From Candidatus Poribacteria bacterium (lineage in GTDB: Bacteria; Poribacteria; WGA-4E; PCPOR2b): a stretch of 64,000 nucleotides of DNA. Location: positions 3,584,001 to 3,648,000 of the forward strand of contig OZ244042.1 of NCBI GenBank assembly GCA_965215015.1. The letters run 5' to 3'. Under the pieces are notes generated by a model. It did no database searches and was not told the DNA's origin. It saw only the letters and a list, made by a program, of their open reading frames with translations. This document shows positions 19,208 through 28,523 of this stretch, in pieces; the stretch's first letter is position 1; every line of letters begins with the position of its first letter. The position numbers and the translations under genes were made by a program.

Positions 19208-21832
19208 ATGAATCAAACGATGACACATAAGGTCCGTCTCAGCGTTTCAGAGACAAAGGGGATTCCCCCCGATAGACAGGGAGGCAAGCATCGGCAAAAC
19301 GTGCCCATCACGCAGGGCGTTCCGTTGCCAAAAGGCGCGTTGCACAATCTAGATTCGGTTTGGGTTGAAGATGGTGATGGTCAGCCGGGCCTGGCGCAGT
19401 TTCGGACGTTGAGTCGATGGGAGGACGGGAGTCTGAAGTGGGTGCTAACCGATTTTTCAGCGGACATGCCAGCCGAAGGAGAGGTTAATTATTTCTTTTG
19501 CTACGGTCAAGAACCTGTATCGATTTTGTCAAATGGGACAATCCAAATCGAGGAAACTGATGACCGCATTACCATCTGTACGGGACCGCTGCAATTTAGC
19601 GTCAACCGCCGGCAATTTTCGCTAATTGAATCTGCCGAATTGGGGCATTTGGACGCGGGGGGTGGATTCTTACCGGAGTGCGAAGTCGTCAGCGGAGAGG
19701 CCCTTTCTGGTGGCGAGGCATGGGTGCGCATCTGTGAATCGTTTAACGATGCCCAAGGAAAACGCTATATCTACGGGATGGGCGGTGACTGTTTAGCTTC
19801 CTTGGCAAAAGATGATTACACCGTAGAAGTAGAGGAGGTGGGCCCCTTACGGACGGTCATCAAGTGCAGTGGGGCATTTGAGGCGGACATCCCTTTCCAT
19901 CACTATGCGGGATATCGACCTTTTCGGATGGTAACGCGGATTTATGCCTATGCAGGCCAAACCTACCTCCGTATACTTCATACTGTGGTGGTAGCGTGCA
20001 ACCCAAGAGAAACTGAGGTGGAGGAGATTGCTATACGGGTCCCGATTTCTCTGAAAAACCGCGTGCGTTTTCGAGCAGCGTCGTTGCGTCCAACTGAGGG
20101 GAGTCTCAATCCCGATGAAGCAATTTTGTTGGGTCAACGGTCAGATAATCAATTCCGTCTTGAACAGCAACGGGCGGGGCAGCAGCGAACCATCGCTGAG
20201 GGTGAACGGACAGAAGGATGGATGACAATCAACGACGGCCATGTGGGAGTAGGGGTTGGCTTGCGCTATATGCCCGAAGAATATCCCAAGGCATTGCGAG
20301 TGATGGGAACTGGACAAGGAATCGATGTCTTTCTCTGGAAAGACATTAATGGAAAACGGCTCAATTTCAAGCGATATGCGGAAGTGATGTCGTGGGAGGA
20401 GGGCGAAGGGGTCTACGCCGATGGCACCGGCACAGCGAAAACAAGTGAATTTTTCGTTTGCTTCTACAAAGCCTCAGAGGATGAGGAGATTCCCGACCGG
20501 CTGCGGGGGCTGCTGACACCACCCTATGTCGCTATTGATCCGGAATGGGGGGCAAAATGCGAGGTGACCGGCGGATTTGCTCCAGCTGACTCCAAACAAT
20601 TTCCTGAATCTGAGCGGATGATGACCGGTTTTTTGGACTGGATGACCCGGAACATTCAACTCGGTCGCTGGTACGGATTTCTCGATTGGGGGGATGCGCT
20701 TGTCGCATGGGAGCAAGAGGAAAACGATTGGCGGTTCTATGGACGGTGGGGTTGGTGCAACAGTGAATGGGACCCGCGGCACGGTGTTTGGATTCAGTAC
20801 CTGCGGACAGGCAAAGCAGATTATTTTCAGTTGGGTGAATCGATGACGCGACACTCCGTTGATGTGGATACGTGCCATTTCCATCCGTTCCGCCCTTATA
20901 TGGTCGGCGGCTGCTTTCGGCATAGCACAGACCATTTCGGCGATGAACCGTGTGCATCGCACACCTTTGTGGACAACTGGGTGGATTACTACTATCTGAG
21001 AGGCGACCTGCGGACTTACGAGGTACTCCAAGAGGCAGGGGAGTTCTTCTTGCGCTACCGATGGTCGGAGGACCCGACCTACAGTTTCAGCCTGCGAAGT
21101 ATCGCCAATGTGCTTCGGGGATTGCTCTATCTTTATGAAATTACCGGCGAATCTCGATTCAAGGAACGAGCCGAAGCGGTCTATACTGTAATTGCAAGGG
21201 GACAGAACGAAGACGGGAGCTGGCACAAGCGGTTTCAGGTTTCGACACCGGATAAGCTGCCGAACCAGGGACCCTATGGCATGGCGACGGAAGGGACAAC
21301 GTTGGCAGTAGAGATGGGAACTGCCCCACCTTTCACCAATGAGGAATTTTGGATATTGAGAAGTGGCACTTTTAAGGAGATACCTTCCCCAAACTCGGAG
21401 CCTCCCATCCGCGTATTACCGATGGAAGAACAGAAGGGCTATCAGACCCACTATCTGATGATTGGATTGGAGCTGCTGCACCGCATAACTGGACGGGACG
21501 ATGTTGCGGAGGTGTATCGCCGTGCCGTGGATTGGTTTTGCGGCTATCCAGATCCCCTCAACGCTGAATTTGCGCTGCAACAGCGTTATGGCGGCGTCAT
21601 CTGTCGGCACCTTGCCTATGCCTACCAGTTGACAGGGGAGCGGAAATATCTGGAGATTGGGCGGGAGGTGCTTCGACGACTCATTGACGATCAGGACTGG
21701 AGCGATGACCCGAAACGTCGAGGCGCAGTAGAGTTGAGCCCGATGACGGTGAGTCTGCTCTTTTTCGGTGTTCCATTTTTTCTTGGGAAACTAAGTGAGG
21801 CGGACATGGGGGAGTCAGAAGAACGGGAGTAG
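19208..21832 (+). CDS. PcRGLX/YetA-like putative polysaccharide lyase with (alpha/alpha) toroid
   Basis: N-terminal PITQGVPLPKG...RWEDGSLKW; C-terminal WYGFLDWGD, WCNSE, QYLRTG and RH..DVD..H. Confidence 0.7.
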   Translation: MNQTMTHKVRLSVSETKGIPPDRQGGKHRQNVPITQGVPLPKGALHNLDSVWVEDGDGQPGLAQFRTLSRWEDGSLKWVLTDFSADMPAEGEVNYFFCYGQEPVSILSNGTIQIEETDDRITICTGPLQFSVNRRQFSLIESAELGHLDAGGGFLPECEVVSGEALSGGEAWVRICESFNDAQGKRYIYGMGGDCLASLAKDDYTVEVEEVGPLRTVIKCSGAFEADIPFHHYAGYRPFRMVTRIYAYAGQTYLRILHTVVVACNPRETEVEEIAIRVPISLKNRVRFRAASLRPTEGSLNPDEAILLGQRSDNQFRLEQQRAGQQRTIAEGERTEGWMTINDGHVGVGVGLRYMPEEYPKALRVMGTGQGIDVFLWKDINGKRLNFKRYAEVMSWEEGEGVYADGTGTAKTSEFFVCFYKASEDEEIPDRLRGLLTPPYVAIDPEWGAKCEVTGGFAPADSKQFPESERMMTGFLDWMTRNIQLGRWYGFLDWGDALVAWEQEENDWRFYGRWGWCNSEWDPRHGVWIQYLRTGKADYFQLGESMTRHSVDVDTCHFHPFRPYMVGGCFRHSTDHFGDEPCASHTFVDNWVDYYYLRGDLRTYEVLQEAGEFFLRYRWSEDPTYSFSLRSIANVLRGLLYLYEITGESRFKERAEAVYTVIARGQNEDGSWHKRFQVSTPDKLPNQGPYGMATEGTTLAVEMGTAPPFTNEEFWILRSGTFKEIPSPNSEPPIRVLPMEEQKGYQTHYLMIGLELLHRITGRDDVAEVYRRAVDWFCGYPDPLNAEFALQQRYGGVICRHLAYAYQLTGERKYLEIGREVLRRLIDDQDWSDDPKRRGAVELSPMTVSLLFFGVPFFLGKLSEADMGESEERE

Positions 21833-21948
21833 GAAGATACCATTGCGCCGCTCGCCGGAGACGGAAATCGGAGTTCCTTCCTACAGGAAACAGACCGTAG
21901 AAGATGTCCCCTCCGAACAGTGCTTTTCTGGCAGCTTCTAAAAAAAAC

Positions 21949-21977
21949 TTGCTTTTTGGAATCTTATGTAATATAAT
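21949..21977 (+). promoter_or_regulatory. Sigma70-type promoter, followed by an 8-bp inverted repeat at 21998-22018
   Basis: TTGCTT, 17 nt spacer, TATAAT; TGCTTCAG-N5-CTGAAGCA downstream. Confidence 0.6.
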
Positions 21978-22055
21978 TTATCTTGTAGAACATAAACTGC
22001 TTCAGTATGGCTGAAGCAATTCCTTTTGCAAACTCAAAGAAGAGGTGCTACGAAA

Positions 22056-23051
22056 ATGGCTAACAGGACCGAGAACAGAGACAAAACGATTGAACTGAGA
22101 GATAATCAATTAGTTTTCCGATTCCCCAATGTAGATGAAGATGCCGTACTCGGGATTGAGTTTCAACGGACGTTACGGATTCCGGACGATAACCGAGAAC
22201 ATTATCTGCCTCCAGGGCTTGGGAGATTTCCCCTCAATCGTGTGGACGACTACCCGGATAACCTGCCGGATACCTGGAAGGAACATGGGGGGGTGTTCTT
22301 GCCGATGTATCAGGCGGAAGCAATGTGGATTGATTTCCACGCTCACTATCCGATGGCTGTCAAGATAGCGGCAGGCAAAATCAACGCGGTGACCGGCGCG
22401 GCCTGGAAGGACAAACTCACCAAAACGCCTCAGGACTATTTGGTGGTTCCAGAGCAGCCATGGCTTGACGGTTTCTGTGTCGAGAAGGGCTTAATTCGAC
22501 AGTTCGTCGCGATGCCGTTGGGCGAAGGCTACACGGCCGAGGAACAGCTGACGGGAGAGGCGGAGCATGGAGGGATTCAGATCGCCGTCTACCCCATGCA
22601 GGCTTCGTGGTACGAGCAGACACTACAGAAACAGAGAAGTTATAGGCTGACGGTGGCCGACTGCGAGCCCGAGATGGGGTTGGCACCGGGCGGTCTCATG
22701 CGTCAGGAGATATACGAGGATACATATGGCTTCGATGCGTGGGAGACGTCGATTCGGTCGCGTTGCTTTGTGCATATCGTTAACAGTGTTCAGCTCGTCC
22801 ACTTAACGGGATGTGAGCCGCCGGGCAAACCGTGGACAGCGCAGGATTACACAAACGCGGGGCTGCCGTGGTTCGATTATTACGGGAACGACCTGTCAGC
22901 TTTAGAAGGGGCGAAAAAGTTGGCTGGACTGGACAGTGTTGCCGTTACTAAGCTGAAGAAAGGGGAAGGGTTCCTCCAGGACAACGATCCGGTGACGCCA
23001 GCGGTGGTGAAAAAGCTGGACGAGTCAATGGTACGGGAGGGGAGCTTCTAG
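22056..23051 (+). CDS. Conserved hypothetical protein (FQRTLRIPD...LPPGLGxFP family)
   Basis: Motifs FQRTLRIPDD, PMYQAEAMW, QDY.V.P.QPWLDG, RQFVA.PLG.GY, MGL..GG...Q.I and Y...GLPWF. Start moved to the ATG after GAGGTG. Confidence 0.85.
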   Translation: MANRTENRDKTIELRDNQLVFRFPNVDEDAVLGIEFQRTLRIPDDNREHYLPPGLGRFPLNRVDDYPDNLPDTWKEHGGVFLPMYQAEAMWIDFHAHYPMAVKIAAGKINAVTGAAWKDKLTKTPQDYLVVPEQPWLDGFCVEKGLIRQFVAMPLGEGYTAEEQLTGEAEHGGIQIAVYPMQASWYEQTLQKQRSYRLTVADCEPEMGLAPGGLMRQEIYEDTYGFDAWETSIRSRCFVHIVNSVQLVHLTGCEPPGKPWTAQDYTNAGLPWFDYYGNDLSALEGAKKLAGLDSVAVTKLKKGEGFLQDNDPVTPAVVKKLDESMVREGSF

Positions 23052-23149
23052 GAAACACGGCGACCTATCGCCATCATTGGAGGGCACGAAAGGGGGGGAC
23101 TGTACTCATTGCCGAGCCATAGCACAGTGGGGATCGGCGGATCGATGAG

Positions 23150-23341
23150 TTGATGGATAAGCATGAAGAGCTCGTCCGTCCTGAGCTGGTGATAGTGACT
23201 GATGGCTTGGACAAAGATGTGCCGACAATGAAGCGCAAAGACTTCGGGAGTACCGTTGTCCATGCCTTTATCATCGGTATGAGTGATCCTGACCTCGAGC
23301 GTTTTGCACGGGGTACAGGGGGCACGTCAGTCTTTTTATGA
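23150..23341 (+). pseudogene. C-terminal fragment of a vWA-domain protein
   Basis: ELVIVTDG...HAFIIG...LERFARGTGG, typical of a vWA C-terminal half; the DxSxS half is absent. Confidence 0.6.
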
Positions 23342-23391
23342 AGATAAAATTCCTAAAAAAGAAGCTAAAAAAGAAGAAGGAGGCGATTCTG

Positions 23392-24318
23392 ATGAAACAA
23401 GGGAAGGAATCGGGGACGAGTTTGAGAATCGCCTCGGGCACAAGGGAGGAGATTCGAGCAAACGTGTCGGACAACACACTTAAAGCATATGAGCATGCGA
23501 CACGCAAGCTGGAGGACTGGCTGGACGGTCGTACGCTTGATGATGCGGTGTTGGCTGAGTATATCCGTTTCCTGAATACGAAAGGGAAATCGCCCGCAAC
23601 GATCAATCTGTTACTGGCCGCGGTCAAGTGGATGGCTGAGTACCATGGGATTGACAATGTCGCCGGGGATATCACCAAGCGCACCTGGTCTGGTATCCGA
23701 GGAGAAAACAAACGGCGGGAGCAGAGGCGGGCCGATGGGCTCACCTGGGATGAGGTGGAGCGCGTGTGCACAGTTGCTGAATCCACAGAAACTGTGGCAG
23801 GCTTACGGGATGCGGCGATGATCAGCCTGATGAGCGATTGTCTACTCCGAATCTCGGAGGCTGTTGCAGTCAATGTGGAGGATATTGGAGAGGAGGGGCT
23901 TCAGATACACAGGGCGGAGCGCGGGCCGACGAAGCAGGGTGATACTCTGTATATCTGCGAGTGGACACGGCGGTTGATAAAACGCTATTGTCAGAGGTCT
24001 GGGATTGAGTCAGGAGCACTATTTAGGCGAATACGTTTCCAGAATCATGTGACCGAAGACCGCCTCGGTGTGAAAGGGGCTCGTGAAGCGATACGCCGGC
24101 GCGCGACGGAAGCGGGAGTGACGGGTTGCATCAGTGGGCACTCGCTTCGGATTGGATCCGCGGTTTCACTCGCTGAGGCTGGGGCAACAGTGAAAGAGGT
24201 GCAAGAGGCAGGGCGGTGGCGGGGGCCTACAATGCCGGCACACTATGTGAGGGAGCCACCTGCGGAACCGAGCCCAGTGGAGAAATATAAAGATGGAAAT
24301 CGGATTGACACGGATTGA
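23392..24318 (+). CDS. Cre-like tyrosine recombinase/integrase
   Basis: LLRISE, GHSLR, GRW and AHY motifs; RBS AGGAGG 8 nt before ATG 23392. Confidence 0.9.
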   Translation: MKQGKESGTSLRIASGTREEIRANVSDNTLKAYEHATRKLEDWLDGRTLDDAVLAEYIRFLNTKGKSPATINLLLAAVKWMAEYHGIDNVAGDITKRTWSGIRGENKRREQRRADGLTWDEVERVCTVAESTETVAGLRDAAMISLMSDCLLRISEAVAVNVEDIGEEGLQIHRAERGPTKQGDTLYICEWTRRLIKRYCQRSGIESGALFRRIRFQNHVTEDRLGVKGAREAIRRRATEAGVTGCISGHSLRIGSAVSLAEAGATVKEVQEAGRWRGPTMPAHYVREPPAEPSPVEKYKDGNRIDTD

Positions 24319-24672
24319 AATCATAGACTGCTACTTTAGGCAGGCTTGATGCTATGCGAAAAAAGGATTTTCCCTAAGTAAGATGAGGGGTGCTCATAAA
24401 GTAGTAGGCCCGCTCCGCGTCCCGTAAACCATACAACCGCTACGGCATACTGCTTGGCTAACACTCAACTTCCATTAAACTCGCACCCATAACTTGAAAA
24501 ACAAAGCACCTCCAACCCCATCTACTGCCTGAGACCAATATCTGTATCCGTATTTTCTGTGCTATCTGCTGAATCTCGGATGCAGACAATAATTATAAGC
24601 ACCCCCCAGTTAGATAATCTGGGCGTGAAAAAATCGGTTTCTCCGTTAACTAGCAACTGGTGTTAGAATATT

Positions 24673-25341
24673 CTACTCGCGAGCCAAAACGACGCGGCCT
24701 CCCTCAACCGAATGAATCTCCCTCACAACCCCCGCTTTGAGCAACGCCAAATCCTCACCCGACAATTCAAGCTCCAGCCCGTCAACGGTCAGATGGATTG
24801 TCCCCCCGACAACCAGCCAGTGCTCATTACAGGTTAAAGGTGATTCGTCAACTCCCTCACCGGGGCCGAATGTGATCAATCGCCACTCACTTAACGGACA
24901 ACGCGACCCGCGGTTTGGAAAGGGACCATTGTTGCTCTCGCCAGGAACGACAAACCCTGGAACGGTCGGGATCGGTGGCCCCGCTTCCTCAACCAAGATA
25001 TGTATCGGTCGCTTCTGTCGCTCAAGTCGTGTCACGATGGCGTTGTTCTCGTAGCCGGTAAACATCTGAAACCGATGCACGACGCCCATGGGCGTGTAGA
25101 CCATTGTGTTGGGAGTGACCTCGAACCGCTGTTCGTCTAGCCACACCTCGCCACATCCAGCGGTGAACAACCACAATTCGTCGTTGTCGTGATAATGGGG
25201 TTCAACGCCTGTACCTATCCGTTGGTCGGGGAAATGGCGGAAGGCACTGAGGGCTGTCCAATCTGGATAGATACCTTGTTCCCAGTAGATATTGTTCGAG
25301 TTTTCCGAACGGATCACGTAGTGTTGGTTTGCAATTATCAT
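24673..25341 (-). CDS. Bicupin domain protein
   Basis: HYHDNDE...PMGVVH cupin motifs and a second degenerate cupin. Confidence 0.8.
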   Translation of the reverse strand: MIIANQHYVIRSENSNNIYWEQGIYPDWTALSAFRHFPDQRIGTGVEPHYHDNDELWLFTAGCGEVWLDEQRFEVTPNTMVYTPMGVVHRFQMFTGYENNAIVTRLERQKRPIHILVEEAGPPIPTVPGFVVPGESNNGPFPNRGSRCPLSEWRLITFGPGEGVDESPLTCNEHWLVVGGTIHLTVDGLELELSGEDLALLKAGVVREIHSVEGGRVVLARE

Positions 25342-25402
25342 TTGTTCTCAAGGTTTTCAGATTATGGATTTATATGAGTTAATCAAAAGTTGTCAACACA
25401 TA

Positions 25403-27052
25403 CTAACGATATTCAAGGTGCACCTCAAGTTTCTCAATCAAAATTTGATGCTGCACATCAGGGGGGCGTTCGGTCACTCGCACACCGACAAGATTATTGC
25501 CAACCGCTAGAAATTTGGGCTGTACTGCAAACACGAGCCATCCTTCCAGTACCGTTGGTGTCCCCAACAAGATATTGTTAATACGGACCTCGATCTGATC
25601 TTCGGTGCCTTTTGTCGCCGGGAGGTTCTGAAGGGTGCCGGGGTGGCCGATGGTCGCTACAGTGACCGGCTGCAGTCGCTGATCTTCCCCCTTCCCCTCC
25701 CCGCAAGCGGGGGCAGGGGGAGGCTCTGGATCGGATAGCAGCAGGTGGAGCGTAATTTGATCGATCCGGTCTGCCGCCACATCCATATCATCTGCCACAG
25801 CAATTTTTAAGAGGGTATCCACTTTACCCTCGTTGTCTAAGGGCGCAGGCAGCTGCCCGAACATATTCGTGTTGAAGTACATGAATCGTGGCGTACTCCA
25901 ATCCTCCGGGTTGGGTAGGACGGTCGGACCGTGCCCGCCACCACGACGCTGTACAACGAAGATCTTGTTCTTATGTTTGAGAGCAGCCGAGTCGCCGATT
26001 TCGTGATATGCCCGATGATGCGTCTGCCATCCCTTTTCTAGGTACATCTGACCGACGGTACGATCTGTACCCGTTGGCGTTGCGTGGGCGAAGTTGAAGG
26101 TCTGGACACCATCTGCGCCGAGTAGATACCAATTCGCCACCACACCCCGCATGACCTCAATGGGGGGCCACTGATAGCCATCTGAAGCGTGATGATCATC
26201 GATGCACGGATAGAGTTTAATGTTCGTCCCCGCCGTGATTTTGCGGAACGCCGAGATATCCACATCAAATGACCGGCACCCCATGACAAAGATATCCAAC
26301 AGTTCCTCCTGCGCCCACGTTTCGGCGTCGATACCATCAAAATGACACCCCTCCAAGTTTTCGGGCACACGAGCCGCAAGCAGAAACGGCCGTCCACGTT
26401 TGCGCGCTACCTCTAACAGCATCGCTCGTGTCGCACGTATGAAATCGGTGAGTCTATCGCGGTGCTTCCACTGATGCCCCGGTGGCAAGACAGGGCAGAC
26501 CCTTGCAAAGTCCAATTCGATACCGTCGAAGTCGTAGCTTTCCGCTGCCTCGCGGAGAATGCCTAACTTGTATTCATGGACGCCCTCAATAGCGAAGTTC
26601 CAGTAACCGTTGGGGTTCCATGTGTGGATAAGCCAGTCGGGGTGTGCCTCCTTCATCGGAATCTCTGCGACAGGACCCAAGTCGTTGTCCGAACCGTTGA
26701 TTCGGTAGGAAAAAAAGGCTTCTATGTCTCGCTGCTTCGATGCCTCAAGGAATACTTGGACGATGTTGATGCCGTCGTCCGCCCACTTTTTGAATCCGGA
26801 TGAATCGTAGAGCGGTAGAACTTCGCTCGGATAAGGGGCCTGATGGCCTTCCCCCCAACTCCAGTAGATACTGTCGATGTGCGTTCCCGGTTCGTCAGCG
26901 AACATAAACTTCCATTCGACCAACCGCTCAATCTCTTTTGTGGCGAACCTTTCGCCGTCCGCAGAAATAACGTCAAAATTGACAATCACCCGGCGGCGTC
27001 GGTTCACCGCATTAATGTGTTCTGAGGAAAGTTGTCCCTTCATTCGGACCAA
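25403..27052 (-). CDS. Glycosyl hydrolase-like (GHL10-type TIM barrel) protein
   Basis: SYRIN, WNFA, YDFDGIELDFAR and GADGVQTFN motifs. Confidence 0.7.
   Translation of the reverse strand: MVRMKGQLSSEHINAVNRRRRVIVNFDVISADGERFATKEIERLVEWKFMFADEPGTHIDSIYWSWGEGHQAPYPSEVLPLYDSSGFKKWADDGINIVQVFLEASKQRDIEAFFSYRINGSDNDLGPVAEIPMKEAHPDWLIHTWNPNGYWNFAIEGVHEYKLGILREAAESYDFDGIELDFARVCPVLPPGHQWKHRDRLTDFIRATRAMLLEVARKRGRPFLLAARVPENLEGCHFDGIDAETWAQEELLDIFVMGCRSFDVDISAFRKITAGTNIKLYPCIDDHHASDGYQWPPIEVMRGVVANWYLLGADGVQTFNFAHATPTGTDRTVGQMYLEKGWQTHHRAYHEIGDSAALKHKNKIFVVQRRGGGHGPTVLPNPEDWSTPRFMYFNTNMFGQLPAPLDNEGKVDTLLKIAVADDMDVAADRIDQITLHLLLSDPEPPPAPACGEGKGEDQRLQPVTVATIGHPGTLQNLPATKGTEDQIEVRINNILLGTPTVLEGWLVFAVQPKFLAVGNNLVGVRVTERPPDVQHQILIEKLEVHLEYR
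25685..25723. repeat. CCCCGCAAGCGGGG palindromic element inside the CDS
   Basis: ttcccccttcccctccccgcaagcgggggcagggggagg, encoding PPPAPACGEGKGE on the - strand. Confidence 0.75.
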
Positions 27053-27061
27053 TCCTTTCTG

Positions 27062-28495
27062 CTACCGGAGTTGAAACGCGTACAACTTCATTGACTGTCC
27101 CACGAACCGCAGGCGCACCGTTTGTCCTTTGAGCCCTGAAAGATCACGTTTACCGGCCCACGTTACGGTCTGGGTTGTGCTGCTTCCACCGAGGCGATCT
27201 GCCTCTGCCTCCGTGAAACCTTTCAACGGCTGCATCCCCTCATCCAAGATTTCAACCTTGAGCCAACCCCTGGCACTGCCATCCATGTTTACCTCTAGGT
27301 GATTCCCTTCAAGAGTGAAGGGAAGCGTAGTCATCCATCCCTGCTGGCCACCGGCGTCTTGAGAGACAAAACCATCGAGACGCAAATGAGCAGATCCGAT
27401 GGTTGGGCAGTACTCTTCGCCGGAGACCTTATCGTGGGGTTGGTCATAACCGGTATAGTACAGCCGCAGCTCGTCCCTGATGGGTAACACACCGACTCCC
27501 ATATAGAGCATCATCGAGTCGAAAGCTCCATCGGGACCGAGCCGCACAAAGGGTTCCTGCCACCGTGTGAAATGTATCCCATCACGGCTAGTCGCAAGCT
27601 GTATGTCCAGCGCGTCGGTAGTGTGATAGTAAGCGGCGGTGAAGATAAAGTATGCGTCGTCCACAAAGGGATATTTCACCGCTGCTGTGTCGTAGAGACC
27701 GCCACCCCACATATCTGCATCTTCGAGGTCGTCGAAATCAGGCTCTAGGATTTTTTCTGGCACCGGGAAGTTCTCGAAGTCCACGCTTTCTGATCGGGCG
27801 ATGGCGCGGTAGTCAAAAGACCCCCGAAGTGCCCCATTCTCTACCCGTAGGTATTCGTTCCAACGGACATACGCCACGTACTTCTGGATACGGTCATCCC
27901 AAAAAGCTACATTCCTTGTATCTGTGTACCATGGCATAATCAGTTTTTCACAAGGCGTCCAATGGATTCCATCAGGCGAATACAAGCCCCCGACACCCCC
28001 ATAATGCCATGTTTCCGGTGGATTTTCGTCGTACCGGAACCGTGCTCCACCTCCATATATCGCTACGTAGTCGTATTTACCTGCGCCAAGAATGCACTTG
28101 AAGCGTTGTTCGGGTTTAGCGGATGGGTCTTTGAAGATGCTTCCGTGATTGAGATTGAGAGAGATGATATTATTTTCCCGCGAGCCTTGGTAGTCAATTA
28201 ACCCGATATTCGGACGTTTCCAGTGAATTCCATCTGTAGATGTGGCGTAGCAGTCTCGCGCAATCCCGTCCTCTCCGTTGGCGGAGTACCACATTTTGTA
28301 GACGCCTTCGTCTAGCATCACCGTAGGGTTACTACAGCCGCGCGACTCCCACGGTTGCTCAGGTGTCAGCACGGGTGCGTTGGACCGCGTGGCGGGGTTC
28401 ATGATGGTGGTAAATCCCTCTTTAGCTTCAACAAAAGCATCGTCGAAGAGGAGTTGTTTTGCTGTTCCCAAGGCTAGGGGATTGAGTTGAGGCAT
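27062..28495 (-). CDS. Five-bladed beta-propeller glycoside hydrolase-like protein
   Basis: QLLFDD, repeated S.DGIHW/F, LRLDGFVS and a C-terminal beta-sandwich (KLYAFQ). Confidence 0.75.
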   Translation of the reverse strand: MPQLNPLALGTAKQLLFDDAFVEAKEGFTTIMNPATRSNAPVLTPEQPWESRGCSNPTVMLDEGVYKMWYSANGEDGIARDCYATSTDGIHWKRPNIGLIDYQGSRENNIISLNLNHGSIFKDPSAKPEQRFKCILGAGKYDYVAIYGGGARFRYDENPPETWHYGGVGGLYSPDGIHWTPCEKLIMPWYTDTRNVAFWDDRIQKYVAYVRWNEYLRVENGALRGSFDYRAIARSESVDFENFPVPEKILEPDFDDLEDADMWGGGLYDTAAVKYPFVDDAYFIFTAAYYHTTDALDIQLATSRDGIHFTRWQEPFVRLGPDGAFDSMMLYMGVGVLPIRDELRLYYTGYDQPHDKVSGEEYCPTIGSAHLRLDGFVSQDAGGQQGWMTTLPFTLEGNHLEVNMDGSARGWLKVEILDEGMQPLKGFTEAEADRLGGSSTTQTVTWAGKRDLSGLKGQTVRLRFVGQSMKLYAFQLR

Positions 28496-28523
28496 GTAAT
28501 TTCTCCTTACTGCAAATTAAGAA

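Noticed and set aside
23338-23391. Poly-Lys, NLS-like N-terminus of the recombinase (MKIKFLKKKLKKKKE)
   Set aside because: A strong AGGAGG RBS precedes ATG 23392, so the A-rich stretch is probably untranslated.
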